From assembly GCF_009914755.1 (NCBI RefSeq), contig NC_060926.1: a DNA stretch of 64,000 nt; one strand, written 5' to 3'. Under the pieces are notes generated by a model. The model ran no database searches, was not told where the DNA came from, and was given only the letters and a program-made list of their open reading frames with translations. Position numbers and translations under genes: made by a program. Origin of the DNA: the human T2T-CHM13v2.0 reference genome, Homo sapiens. This document shows positions 29,274-43,523 of this stretch, one piece after another. The first letter of the stretch is position 1; every line of letters starts with the position of its first letter.

Positions 29274-30679
29274 ATATGCACTAGAATTGAGTGTTAATAT
29301 TTCACCTGAATTTGGCTCAGATTTACATGGGCTATGAGAGCATTTTTTATTTTAGTTACCATTTCTTATTACTTATAATTATATTCTCATTCTGCAGATA
29401 TTCTCAGGAGGCAATAAGCCTGGTGGTAATTGAGCAGATTTAGTTTTTTGAAAAAATATATTGACAACTATATTTTTCCTGAGAGTGTAAAAATGATTCA
29501 GAAAATATCTGCTATTTTAAGTAACATTTTGAGTGTAATATTGCATTCATTAGTTGAATGTCCTGAGATTTCACATGTTAAATGTAGAGTTAAGTACAAT
29601 TAGTAGAAGAGTATTTTAAGTGGCAGAGATGGGCAGAAATTATTTTGTGGAGTGAGATTAGTTGAGTTCAGATAAGGACCCTCTATTAAAGAAGAAATAA
29701 AGGAATGTGGATTAGAAGACAATGAAAGACTTTTTGGTGAACTAATGTATACTTTCTGAAGATTTGGGAGTGTGTTGGGGGGCGGAATGCAAAGGCAAAT
29801 TTGTAGTTACATATCTAGACATGAAAATAGAGGGATAGGCCAAGTTCACCTGATGGAGAGCTTTTAAGGCTACATTCTATATTTGATGATTGTGGTTGAA
29901 ATTTTATAATTATTAATAGTATGTATGCTCTGAAAGGTAAAAGACCTTGTAACCTATATGTAATTCTTACTGAGCCCAATACTTTGGGATATACTTAAAT
30001 CCTAATTCAATATAGCAGATTTGAATCTTATTATCAGTGGAGTGCATTTAATTGAAATCAAATTGATTTAAACATCTAGTAAGGAATTCTCAAGTTTAAC
30101 CTTCTTTTCCACCTCTGGGTACATTCATATGCTTACATCTACTCTCAAACCTTAGAGGTAGAAAAAATTTGATTTAAGAGAAGATACACATTTTCATTCA
30201 AATTGATTGTTTAAATATTTATAAGACTAATTTTCCAGATACATTATAAAACTGAATTGTGCTTTGGACATTCTTTTCACCACAGCTAACTAATATTATT
30301 AGTTCTAAAATGTAAGATACTAAAATAATTTCCAAATCAGAGGTCTGACATGATATTTAAGGGCTATTTTTACATATTGTATTAGAAGTGCATTGACCAT
30401 TCTCAAGAATAATAAATATTTCAAATATTGTATTTAACTAAAATAACACCAGTGTAATTATTTTAATAAAAATAATTTCAAAAGAGCCCTTGAACTCCTG
30501 GGCTCTTTGAAATTTTAACCGTTCTACTTATGACTCAAAAAAGCTTAAAAAAGATGGATGTCATTAATCTCTACAAAGTGTATCTATTGTTCTGATAATT
30601 CATGAGGTAATTATAGGACTAATGCTTTCTAATTGTCTTTAATGTGCAAATATCTTTAATATGTTTTCTCATAGTATAT

Positions 30680-30873
30680 GCTAATATATGTTAATTTTAA
30701 ATAATTTGAGCAATACAGAGAAAGAAAATTCCATAATTTTGCTCCCTTTTTCTAGAGATAACCACTATCACCAATTGGAATATATTCTTCCAGACTTGTC
30801 ATAGGTAAATGGTAAGCTCTCAAGCTCTCATATTATACTATAAGTACTCTTCTGTTATCTGCTTTTTAAGTAT

Positions 30874-30906
<33 letters not shown>

Positions 30907-32700
30907 GCATTTTAAGATTTATAGGTCTGCATCACCCATTATATGGGCTGTATAGGATCCTGTTACATGTAATGTACCATAATTTATTTTGCCAGTCCTT
31001 GGAATGGATGTTTAGTTTATTAGTTTATACTTACTTTTTAAAATATCAGCAGCATGGCAGTGAACCACCTCTTACTTATATCTTTGCTCATTTACTCAAG
31101 TATTTCCTTCAGATTTCTTTAAATTCCTAAAAATTAAATTGCTGGATCAAAGTAGATGCATCTTTAATGTTTTAAAATATATTATTACATTACCTTCCAG
31201 AAAAGTTGTACAAGTTTATATTCAATGTACTGTTGTACAAAAATTTCCATTTCCCTACCTTTAGTAATCTGATAGGTAAAAATAGTCATTTTATTTGTCT
31301 ATACCTTTGTAAACATATATATATACATAATGTATAATTATTTGGGCATCTTTTTATATATTCTCTAAACAGTTATATAATTTTGTGAATTTGTCTTTTC
31401 CAAAATTTGTTTGTGAACAATTTTTATAAATTAAGAAACACATAGCAAATATTTCCAGTTTCAATTTTTTAAAAAATATCAATACAGTTTTAAGTTTCTA
31501 TATGGTCAAATCTATCAATCTTTTCCTCTATGCTTTCTGGTCTTAATATATTTGTTAAGAAAAGGTCTTCTTCACCCAAAACTATACAAATATACTCTTA
31601 TAGTTTTTCCTAGCATTTCTGTGTTTTATTTAATCTTTAATCTATTTAAAATTATTTTTTGTCTGACATGAAGCAGAAATCTAGCTTTTTTGTTCAAATG
31701 AATACTCAATTCGTTAACACTAATAATTGAATAATGTATTGTTTCCTTTGTTATTTAAAATGCCTCTTACAACTGCATCCATTGAAACTATCCCATTGGG
31801 CTTTTCATTACAATTTGATTGTATTTGTCTGCTAATTAGTGAAGAATTTGAATTTTGCCAGTAGTATGTTTTTGGTAATTTTTAACATTTTTATTTATTT
31901 AATTTTTCCTTTTAACTTTAAGTGAAATAAAATTATATAAGTTTTGCACATATCTTGTTAAGTTTATTCTTGACTTGTTTATAATCTTAATTACTGATTT
32001 GAATGGGATTCCTCTCACCCCCATTCACCCCTGCCATTATGTTTAGAAACAGGTTGGCATATAAGGCAGCTATTAATTTTTCTATATTTATATTATATTT
32101 TGCCACTATCACTTTTACTGGTTCTAATAAGTTTTTCATTTGATCTTTTGGGATTTTCTCGGTAAATAGTTATATTTTCTGCAAGTAATAATGATCTGTC
32201 ACTTTCTTTACAATATTTTACGCTTAATTTCTTATCTTTATCTTATTGCTTTGGCTTAACTATCCAAAATTATATTAAAATATAAAGTAAATAAATAGTA
32301 GGCTTTTTTGTTTTGTTTGCTTTTTGATTTTCATGAGAATGCGTCTAAATCTTCAGCAGTTGGTAAAATGTTTTCTCTAGGATTCTGAAATGGTTTTGAT
32401 TATGTTAAGGAAGTTTTCTTCTCTTCTCAGTTTACTGAGTTTTGTTGTGAATTGATACTGTATTTTGTCAGATGTCTTTGGGGTAGTTTCAGTTATGAAC
32501 AATTGTTTTTCTCTTTTAACCAATTTACTTATTGAATTACATTGATGGACTGTCTCATGTTGACTCATTCCTACATTCCTGGAATAAATCTGACTTTTTG
32601 AAGAATATATTTCTTTAATACATTGCCATATCTTACTTATTTTCATAAAAAGATCTATAATTCACTTCTCTGGAATTTTATCAGATTGTGGTCTATGTTT
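30680..32700 (-). mobile_element. Ancient L1M (L1ME/MC-like) antisense remnant including RT-region ORF2
   Basis: ORF 32377..32646(-) KTSDKIQYQFTTKLSKLRREENFLNIIKTI aligns by eye with L1 ORF2 [31 protein letters not shown]. Flanks are T-rich and L1-like. Confidence 0.75.
30875..30904. repeat. (CA)n microsatellite
   Basis: Directly visible in the sequence. Confidence 0.95.
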
Positions 32701-34312
32701 TACAAAGTACTTTAGCATGCTTTATTTCCTTTTTTCCTTGACACAGCCCTATGAATCAGGCTAGGAATTATATTTTTTTGACAAATAAAAATTATAGACA
32801 TAGAAATTTGCTTTGCAAAAAGTCATGCAAGTAGGTGGTAATGGTGAGTAAAATTTATTAATCTCTAATCCAATACTTTGGTTTGGAGAGAAGGAATTTA
32901 ATTAGTTCAGTAATTTCTATCAGTACGATATTTATGGACTTTGAGTTTTATTATCTCAAATAAAAACTATGCTTATGTAGTTTTCTTTTACATTTTTCTA
33001 AGTTGAGAGAATGAATTTGTTTCCATTTTGACCATGGAGGCTTCACTGGGTATGAATGGGGGTGAGGGAGAGTTCACCCTAAAGGAGTCCCTGAGCTGAG
33101 AATATTCATTCTCTGATATCTGCCATCTGTTCCTTGAACATGAGCAGATGCTGATGTTCAGTTAATCAGAGGTAATGCAATAAGGATTAAAGTGTTAGAT
33201 AGTTCTAACCCATTCCGGAAGTTATGGGTAAAACTTAAAACCTTTAATCAGATTCATCTTGACGTTGAAACCAAGTTGGCTATTTGAGCCAAAGGTTCTG
33301 TATCTCTATGATAGCTAGTCCCAAAGGACATATTCTATTATTGTCATTAAGAGAAAACATATTAAGGATGTGTTTGCACACAGCATTGGGTCAAGATAAT
33401 TGACATTGTATTTTATATGTGGTTCAGAGATCTGTCTTATGGAAAACTCAGAGATTGCTTTAAGGGGTTTGTTGCAAAAGAAATATTCAATTAGGCAGTT
33501 TAAAATAATTTAAATGTCAGTTTTACAATACAGACTTAATACAAATGCAAGAAGGAGTCCATTTGTTGATATATACACCAATTTATTAAATGGTAGAATA
33601 GACTTCTCCAAATCTAGAGAAAGATCAGTTTAGACTATTAATGTATTATTTCTTAAGTTTGAATAGAATTAGGTTTTTTAAAAATTGAAATTGAAATTTA
33701 GTCTCCTTGTCCCAAGTGACATACATTTATAAAATGTTTTTAAAAAGTAAATTCACTGTTTTTAAATCTTCTACAGAATATTTTTTGTAATGAAAAACCT
33801 ACATGTATATATTACTGTACAGTACAATAGAACTGATTTCATTTCTAAGAAATACCACTAGTCGTTATATATTTTATGTCATTGAGTTGAATTTGTAAGT
33901 GATGCATATAACCTGGAGTTTTGTCCTTACCAAATATTGCATAGAAAACCATAAATTCCTGGAAATTGACTATTTTTCAAACTATCTCATTAATGAAAAT
34001 GTATGCTCTGAAGAAAGGCTAATTATGTCTCTTATTTCCACTTAAGCTGGTATAACTGTAAATGATTTTCTTATTTTTATAAATCACATCTGTTCTAAAA
34101 CTTAGCTCCAATAACACTCTATGATAATAAATGGCAAAACTCACATAATATTGAAGCACATTGGGTATTTCCTTTTCAGTTTTAAATATGCTTAATTCAA
34201 ATTTAGATGATTAAAGAATATATTTGGACTCCAAAGTGACTAAAATCAATGAAAATAATATATTGGTGTGTCATAGTTGGGGGTAAATATTACCATTAAA
34301 AACTGAAAAGTC

Positions 34313-34432
34313 GAGAATGGTGTGAACCTGGGAGGCGGAGCTTGCAGTGAGCCGAGATCGAGCCACTGCACTCCAGCCTGAGCGACAGAGCGAGACTCCG
34401 TCTCAAAAACAAACAACAAACAAACAAAAAAA
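34313..34432 (+). mobile_element. 5'-truncated AluY
   Basis: gaatggtgtgaacc...ggagcttgcagtgagccgagatcg with CpGs retained. TSD CTGAAAAGTCG at 34303-34313 and 34436-34446. Confidence 0.92.
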
Positions 34433-37026
34433 CCCCTGAAAAGTCGCAAGGAAGGAAAAACGATTCTGTGAACTCACTACATAGGACACAAAGAGAGGTG
34501 GGAAATTTTGTCAGGAATGTTCGTGACATGAACTCTATTTAATAATGTCTTATTCCCGTTGATATTTTAATTTTTCAGATAAAGTATTTTAAGTAAATGT
34601 GCAACATTAATTAGAATAAAATATAAAAGTATGCGTCTATTTGAAGGCCTACCTAATTACATATAATTTTCTGATGAATGCCCTAATTAAGCATCAAGTT
34701 ATATGTTTATACCTGTGAAATAATTGGAGCATTACATTTAATCTTTATAACAATACATTGAAAGAGAAGTATTAGCCATGTAGGTATTAAAGGTATACAT
34801 TTAGCTAGACTTCATCATTGACTTTCCTTTTAAAGGGACATGACATCCTGTTTTCCATCAAGAGAACATCGAATTAATCCTCACACCAGAAACAACAGTC
34901 AGTGCTGGCATAAGCTCCGCCAGGATTCCTGGGCCCTGCTGTGCAGGGGTCTCCTGAGGAAGGACAGAATCGTATCTCGGTCTCCAAGCCCACTTGGTTC
35001 TTGGCACTTCTGCTAAGAGTTGCGCAGGCTACCTATTAATTTTAAATGTATTGTTTTTGAGGATGAGGCAGACATCTGTCTTAGAGGGACAGGACTGATA
35101 GCCGCAAGTCGTTCCTCAGAGGCTGCTGAATAAATCGTCAGATGACCTTTATTGTTGTCACCCTCATTTTGTTCAAATTGACGCAGCTAAAGCACAGTAT
35201 TAACAAAACTACGCATTGCATGCAGCAGTGGGATTAGTGAAAAGGACCATGTTGTTGACTAGAGAAATGGAAGTTCACGTATCTCATAACTGTGTACGAA
35301 GCAGTGGACTGGGAAGGATACAAGAGGAGAATGACAAGATTAAAATAAGAGACAAGGCCTTTACATGAAAGCAGCTGACACTACAAAGGACGTAGTACTT
35401 CTGTTTAATAGGCCTCATCAGCCTTTTATGCTCCCTTGTGGGCTTGGCTCATGAACATCTTTAATGTTATTTAAAGCTGTTTTTATTGTTTATTTAGAAA
35501 CATTCTTTATACATTTTGCTCTAATTATTAAATTTGATGATCTTTGTTCTTATTTACTGATTTAATTAGCTACAAACATTCATACATTAAAATTTATTCC
35601 GGACAACATTAGTGTTGGGATTAATGATTTTTTAAAGAACAAATCACTTGTACAATGCATAGCCCAGAGTAGGGGCTCAGTCAATCTTTGTGTAAATGGA
35701 AGTTGTATTTGAAATAATCCATTGGATGTGTATAATAAGAATCATTCTTGCAGAAAAACCCTAACTGGATGGAAACTATACAGAAGAAGAGCTTGAGATA
35801 ATCACTTTTATTTAGATTGTCCCTTCTTAATGAGTTCTAATGAGCAAATGATTGCAGTGAGGTACAGCACAGTGGAAGCTTCTTCTGTTTACAAAAACAA
35901 ATCAATGGTACTAACTACCCACTCTGAAATGGACTCTTTTTTTTTTCTCAGCACTCTATCACTAGCTTTGCCTGTAGAACATCAATTATTTTTGCTTCCA
36001 AGTGAAGAGAGTCATTTCAGAGAAGATGTGTAAAATTTAGAGGGTCACTGGCTGCCCATATTTTAATTAGTATCCCATCCCCACCACAGCGTATATATCA
36101 GTGTGGGTTTCCTAAAGGAGATGGCTTTAGTGCGTTTTATTAAATGAATCACCTTTTATAAATAAAATTTAATGGTAAATTCAGACATAGAACTTAATTT
36201 GGCTAGAGAAACTTGCATGCATACACTTAGCATTGCCTTTAATTAATTCTGTTGACTTAGAAGATGGTGTAGACAATAAATGCTTTTTTTATTGATCATA
36301 AAATAACTGTTCAGATCCTTACCAATAAGGGACCCACTAGGGAAGGCCAGTGGTTTACTTGGGTTATGCTTCAGCTACTTCTCAATAGTGGCCATTAGGA
36401 CCTCCACTCCCACTGCATCACAGTGACCCTGGGTAAGTCACATGGTATTAACCATAAATAAGTGCATCACCTGTTTGTGTCTCTGCATTAAGTAACTGGA
36501 GTTGACCATGGGAATAAAACTTGGGAAAATTTAACGTGAAATTAATGGTATAATTCTATAGTTGCAGACTTCCCTTTTCTGAAACTTGAAGGCAACAGAT
36601 ACAGTGATGATCCCATCTCTCCCACCATCTTGAATTTTGTGTGAACTGTTAGGCCTTGTGTATGGGTAAGGGTTTTCTCCAGAACACTTAACTGCCAAAC
36701 ATGGATGTGATTTTGAGCATAGGCCCATTGGAAAGGCAAAATGTATGCATCAGAACTGAATTCCATTCTGTGATCACAATCCAGGTTAGTGGAGCCAACA
36801 TTTTTGAGGATAGCCCTCTCCTGGATTTATTACTCTCTGCCTCTGCCTGTTATTCGGTCTCATTTGGGGCCACTTTATCTCACTTAGTATATGGTAGTAG
36901 CCATCCTGGCTGTCTTTCCCACTGAAGGACTTTTGTTCCTTCCCTGGAACCCTTTACTCTCAGTCTTGTCATGGCAGCAGTTTGGGTCTCATTTCGTTCT
37001 CTATCCTAGGCATCTTAAAAGGAACA

Positions 37027-37126
37027 CCATCATGGCACATGTATACATATGTAACAAACCTGCACGTTGTGCACATGTACCCTAAAACTTAAAGTATAAT
37101 AATAAAAAATAATAATAATTTAAAAA
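37027..37126 (+). mobile_element. Extremely 5'-truncated young L1PA 3' end
   Basis: catggcacatgtatacatatgtaacaaacctgcacgttgtgcacatgtaccctaaaacttaaagtataataa plus A-tail. TSD AAAAGGAACA at 37017-37026 and 37127-37136. Confidence 0.92.
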
Positions 37127-37199
37127 AAAAGGAACATAAGACATTCTCTTGCCCAAGTTAGCAGTAACTGCTTAACTGCTGAATTCAGTAAGCTTATCT

Positions 37200-38035
37200 T
37201 CAGATCTTAATTTCCAACACGCTTTCCTTTTAGTCTTGGCTTCTGTGGAAGCTCATTCTCCTGGTTTTCTTACCCCTCAGCTCTTCTTTTCTTTTAGGTC
37301 TTCTCTCCTGCCCAGCCTCTAAATACTGGTGTTCCTCTGGGTTTAGCTCATCTCTAACTGCTTTTATTTAATAGGTGACTGTACTATGCTCAAGGTTCTA
37401 TTTATCCCTTTACGGGTATAACTTCCAACACTGAAACTGCAGCCCAGACTTCTCCCTGGAGGTTTGACTCATATATCCAACTTTCCATTGGGCAACTTCA
37501 CCTAGATGGCCCATAGTCATGTAAAATCCACCATGGCCCAAAGTAAACTTAGTTTCCACTTCAACTTCACTTCCCCTGATATTTCATACCTCATTTAGTA
37601 ATATTTCCATTCACTTCTCACTCAAACCAAAAACCTAGAAGTCATCCTTTACTCAGTCAAGAAGTTGTTTTACCTCATGTTTCTTGATATTTCCCACTCT
37701 TCTTCATCCTTTTTATTAGGAACCTACCTAATCCCTTCATCCTTTTTATTAGGAATCCTTTTTATTAGGATACCTTCCTAATCTACCTAATACCTTCATC
37801 CTTTTTATTAGGAATCTAGCTCAGGCCATCACTATCTCTTTATTGTAATGCTGAATGAAATAGTCATCTAATGTACCATCTTCAGTTTTGTCCGTATCAA
37901 ATCCCTTTAGCACATATGCAGAGTGATATATCTAAGATAAAAATGAAACCTTATCAGTTTCCTCCAAACTCTGTAATGTGCTAGACTTTGTCACAGAGTA
38001 GGTACCTATTCTTGTTTGTCAAATGAATAAATGAA
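37200..38035 (+). mobile_element. Degraded L2
   Basis: ttctctggttttc, cagcccagacttctccctgga, atatccaact, aaaacctagaagtcatcctt, and a terminal tgaataaatgaa. Confidence 0.65.
37702..37817. repeat. Four local copies of TCCTTTTTATTAGGA
   Basis: Directly visible, irregularly spaced. Confidence 0.85.
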
Positions 38036-41000
38036 GAATAAGACCAGAGGCTTCTCAGTATCCAAGGTTGGAGTTATCTGGATTCTAGATTGTATATTGT
38101 CTACCATCCTTTGAGAATGTCATGTATCAACCAAATTTTTGTTTCTCAGTTTTGCTTGGAACTTCACAAAACCAGAATGAATAGCATATTTTTATAGTGT
38201 ATAGGTTGTATATATGAACAGATAGGGTCTGTATGGTGAAAATCAAACCTATGTGCCTATATGCTTATCTTTTAGTATAATCTATTAAATTTTTATTAAT
38301 AATTTCTTAAGAGAACTTTTCAAATATAAATCTTTCCCTCCCTTACACTATGTAGCTGGAGTTCAGTGTTATGAAACAAAGATTCCTTCTCATCACAGTT
38401 TGACAACTGGTGTTTTGATTTCTAGTCTTTAGAGTTGTGTAAATTTGTTCTAACAAAGAATCATTTTAGAACTGTTTGCTTAAAAAAAACTTGCCAAAAC
38501 ACCAAAAAGTATATGTGATGATATAATTAGATATTTAAATATGCTCATGAGGTCAAAGGCAGGGAAGCTTGGGCTTGGTATTTCCTTTACTCACTTTTAA
38601 ATTTTTGTACAATGCTTCAGTGTGCATTTTTTCCCTGTGTGTTAAAATATACATAACATAAAAGTTACAATTTAACCATTTTTAAGTGTGTAAGTACACT
38701 TAAGTACATAACCATTTCTAAGTGTATAAGCATTAGGTAGATTCACATTTTTTGTGCAATTTCAGTATACTTTTTCCTGAATTTATATTGAAATAATTTG
38801 ATATTTTCATGATTGAGATCCAAAACTTGTATTGAATAAGTAGAGTTTTCTGAGGGCTTATCAATGTGTTTTGAAGAAAAATGATTTTTTTTTTAATTTT
38901 GATTAAGGAGCTTGCATTATATCCAATCTTATTGGGCTTAGGGAGAGCAAATGTCAATGGGAATTTATGGAAACATGTTTATTAATTTGGCTTATCTGAA
39001 CTTTGTTTCCAATTTTAGTTTAATAAAATTATTAAATATTTTAATACAATTATTAAAAATATTAAATATTTAGGAAGCTGAAAATATTTTGCTGTTGTGA
39101 CGAGTCTCATTTAATCATGATTGGTATCCTATTCCTAACAGTAGTAGATAAGCAACAGTGTTGTAGAAAATAATTTAAAAATTAAAAAGACATTTGGCCA
39201 TTTTCCCCTTGTATTTTGAAATGATTTCTGAGTTTAGAAATCAGACATTATAGCATAAGATTAGATAGAAATTATCTTTATGATATAAATGTAATAGAAA
39301 CAGTGCTCATAGGTAAATCAATCTTGTGTTGTTTTAACAAAAAAGTATTTGTCTATTGCTTTACTAGTTCATGAGACTCTTCTTGATTCTGATGATTGAA
39401 TCCTTTATAAGATATTGAATAATTTCAAAAGACAGTAGATCCAAAATGTGAAATATTATTTAGAGATGTTCAGAGACCATATAAACCCAATTTTGTTAAT
39501 TTTTTTTAATTTAACTTATTTAAATGTGATTCCTTTCTTGAGAAATGATAATTTGGAGACTTATGCATAGAATATTAGGAAGTAGAAAGGATTGAATTCA
39601 ATGTCTGACTAATTATTGGACTCAACTACAATATGAGGTTAAGCTTTAATTTAGGGGACAGAGGCATGACAATGCACTATTTATCTTAATAAATTTAAAG
39701 CGTTTGTTGTAAGCTGCTCAAAGAGAGACTTTGGTTGTGGGGCAGGAGTTGGGTGGAAGGGGTATTGGTACTTCAGCCTCTTGCCTTCATTCTCATGTGA
39801 GGAGAGTTAGCTTTGAAATAAGCTGAAAGACCTTGTAGTTTATAAAAATCTCCTGGAAAGATGTTATGGTCATTGGAATCAGTTCAGTCATCTAATGAGC
39901 TACACATTGGCTGGAGCACACCTGAACTGATAATAAACTTGGTTTCTTTTGGAAAGTGCCAAAAGTACCCATCTTCCCAATACATACACAACATAAAATT
40001 TACCATTTAACCATTTTTAAGTGTATAGTTGAATTGTGTTAAGAGAGAATTGACTCTCATTCAATCATCATCATCATAATTATGTTTTGTATTTACCAAG
40101 AAGGAAAACTGATACTCAACCTTCAACTTTTTCTAGTCTGTTTACCTTAATATTCCTACTTTCTCACCATCAATCTGCCAAGATCTTCTTGAGGGAATAC
40201 AGATGTAGGGGTGTAGGACTCTGGTGGTGGTGAAGCTTAGAAGGAGATTTGGAGTCGTCCACCCTTCAGTCCGCTGAGGCACCATTTCCATCTCCCCTCC
40301 TCCCAACCTGTCAGAGCCAATAGCATGGCTACTGAAAGAACAGCGTGATTGCTCTCTGAATCCAGACATTGTCCTTTCCTATGACAGACCTGGAGAAATA
40401 TCAGACAACTGAACCTTTTCCAGCGTATTTTGAATGTACGTAATCTTGGCTGTAGTCATCAGCAGACAAGATAATTATTCGTTCACACATGCTCTGGCCA
40501 AGTTTTAGCTCATTTGGAGACTTGTAATGACTTTGGATTCTGTCCTTTGTAAAATGACAACCTAAGAATCATGTCTTTTTACTGGTTCCAAGTTTTAGGT
40601 GGGATTTTGATATAAGTTTTATAATCATGTAGGAATTGTGGGTCAAAGCAAGAAATAAGCATTATGGGCAGGTGGATTCTTTTGCAGGCTAGATGTAAAA
40701 CATGTATTTCTTGAAGGCTTGTCATTCTAGGAGGGAATGTCTTGATTTAAGGAGATATGGCAGAGAAGAGCCTTGTAAGAGAAAGCTATTCTGACATGAG
40801 TGGTTTTGTTCTTACAAATAAACAGTGACTCAAGTCAGTAGCAGGGCGATAGACTGTGGAGAACGCTAGCATAATATCATACTTGGGGTATAGGAACCAT
40901 ATACATTCATTTAGAGTAGCATTAATTTCCCATTTAATATTTGTTAGAAACTATTAGAGATTTTATCACTCTGCTGACAACAATTCTATTTGGAACATGA

Positions 41001-42058
41001 GCTGCTTATATAAAAATCATTTTTAATGTGAAAGCTCTCATTAGCTTAAAAGGCAAATGAAATGGTTAGCTTTAAAAGCTGAGTCACAGTCTCATTTACC
41101 ATCAGAATTCACAGTTTTCTTCTTTATTTTAATTAGTAGATTAATCCTGTCTCAGCAATGCCATTAGGTGCCTGCCTTGATGGTGTGGAAAAATACACAC
41201 AAACATCTGATATTTCTGAGCATTTGGGTTGTGACAAATTTAAATGTGTTCTAATAGATCATCTGTGTATAAATAGCTTAAGATTTATAGATGTTTTTTA
41301 ACTTAAGGATGAGGAAACTGACCACTATAGGATAATTAAAAACAGCAACTCTTTGTAAATGCAGGAGCTAAGTTGTTAAATGCCAGGGCACCAACAGGCA
41401 ATATTCTGTAATCTAAATTGGGTAATTTATATCATTGTCACTTGAAGATCTGATATAAATTGGAGTCACTGAATCATCCCACCAACATCTCATAACTAAA
41501 GCAAATTTTGTTTCCTTTTCATGGGTAGGGTTTTAGTCAATTGAATAATAAATTATCCTGTCTTTTCTGAATCATAGGATAGGCAAGCTTCTATAGGCAG
41601 AACTGATGAAATGAGGCCCCAAAGAAGATATTTTACCCTGTTTTAAAATATTTCCAATGAAGGATATGGTCCAGACTACTTTGGTTATACTTTTCAATAT
41701 TTGAAATAGTAATCTTATGTGGTTGTTTGAAAAATATTTTCAATTTATCACCGAAGATTTGTCTGAAATGTTCGGAAGTCAGGAATGAATTAACTTCTAT
41801 ATAACACCCAATATCCTGGTCAGTACCTACTCATAGTCCTACAGTTACTGGGTGTAAAAGGCAATGCTCCTCTTCCTTTGAAAAGCATAACCTTTCAAGC
41901 GCTTACAGTTTATAAAGAACAGTCACGCACATTTTCTCTTTTCAGTCTCACAATGACACTATGTTATATGAAAAGATTATTAATTCCTATCAGAAATTAA
42001 GATTGAGAGAGGTTAAGTGACTCACTCAAGGTGATATATTTAGGGAGTGGAATAATTA

Positions 42059-42254
<196 letters not shown>

Positions 42255-43523
42255 CTACATTTTGCTGACTCTTTGGCATGCCCTATAAAATTGGGCATGG
42301 TAAACATGCATTACGACTCTTTTGGAAAATTTGTTCCTGGGGCAATCACGTGAATTGGGATGTGGTTGGGAGCATCATTAATTGAGTCTGTGGTCAGAAC
42401 AGAGACTAGTATAAAGAAATACCCAGTGTAAGTGGCATCAGTCAGATATTCAGTGTAAATGAATTGGGAATGATAGACACAGTGAACGGTCCAAGACTGA
42501 AATGAAATCTATCATCTCATGAGTATTCAGGGGACTGGAACTATATTTTAGGAAGGACGATAGGTGAGAAGGCCTAGATACAATCAAGAAGGAAACAGCC
42601 TCAAAAAATAATAAACCTGCTTAAGATACCCTCTTCTGAATGGATGGAGTTTGATGATCTGTTGGCCCTGTTGGTCAGGGAAGGGTGAAATGGGCTGAGG
42701 AAACTGGAATTCTGTAACACTAAGATCCAAGGACACTTCCAGAAATGGCATTTACAAGGTGCAAGTGTTCCCTGTAAATCTTCTGGCAAAGGGCTTTGAA
42801 ATTTAACTTATATTGGAAGAACCTTAAAAAGTTAGTAGAGCCATTCATATTTCTGTTTGGTTTAAGCTGTGCCTGCTAATAACATTGCACTGAAATGCAG
42901 GCGTGAATTCCTATAATGTTAAAATCAAATTGTTTACCTCAGTTTGAAAATTTGCTCAAATGAGAGTGATTGGCTATTGTTAGCTCTCAATTTGACTTTC
43001 AAGACACCTTGAAATAGCTTCAGGAAAAAAACGTGATTTCTAGTTAAGCTGTTCAGTTAAGCACTTTGTGATACAAAGTATGTTAAGGTAAAACCTTTTA
43101 TTTAAATCAACTTTAAGAAAACCTCTTTAGAAAGTTGCAGAGTATAAATGAGGAAACCTTTAAAAAAATACAGCTTTATTTCTTTTACGTATCTATTGGG
43201 AATTGAGCTAGGTAGTCGAGGCACCAGCATGAGGTTCTTAAGAAATCTGCTTTAATGAACAAATCAGAGTGATTTGTACTTAATACTTGATTTTGTTTCA
43301 AAGGCCACATAGGCATTTGAAAAATAAGTTTTTGCCTGAATCCTGTAATTTCAGCTTTCTTAGCAATTTCTCTTTTCTGAAACAGTGAAAATGTAAACTT
43401 TAGGGTAGCCTCTGTTCAAATAATCACAATATGTGAATTGAAGTTTGAGGAGTTCATAGAGTGTTACTGAATTTGTCTGTTTTCTAAAGGAAATTGATTC
43501 ATTTTTTTCAAATTATTTTACAG

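Noticed and set aside
32377-32646. Reverse-transcriptase-like peptide
   Set aside because: Decayed L1 ORF2 remnant, not a functional RT or retron-like system.
37702-37817. Repeat-spacer pattern resembling a CRISPR array
   Set aside because: Repeats are 15-20 bp, spacers are irregular and self-derived, the context is a primate intron, and there are no cas genes.
43494-43523. TTG start and N-terminal [10 protein letters not shown] of the 853-aa ORF
   Set aside because: This is the polypyrimidine tract and acceptor. The exon begins at 43524.
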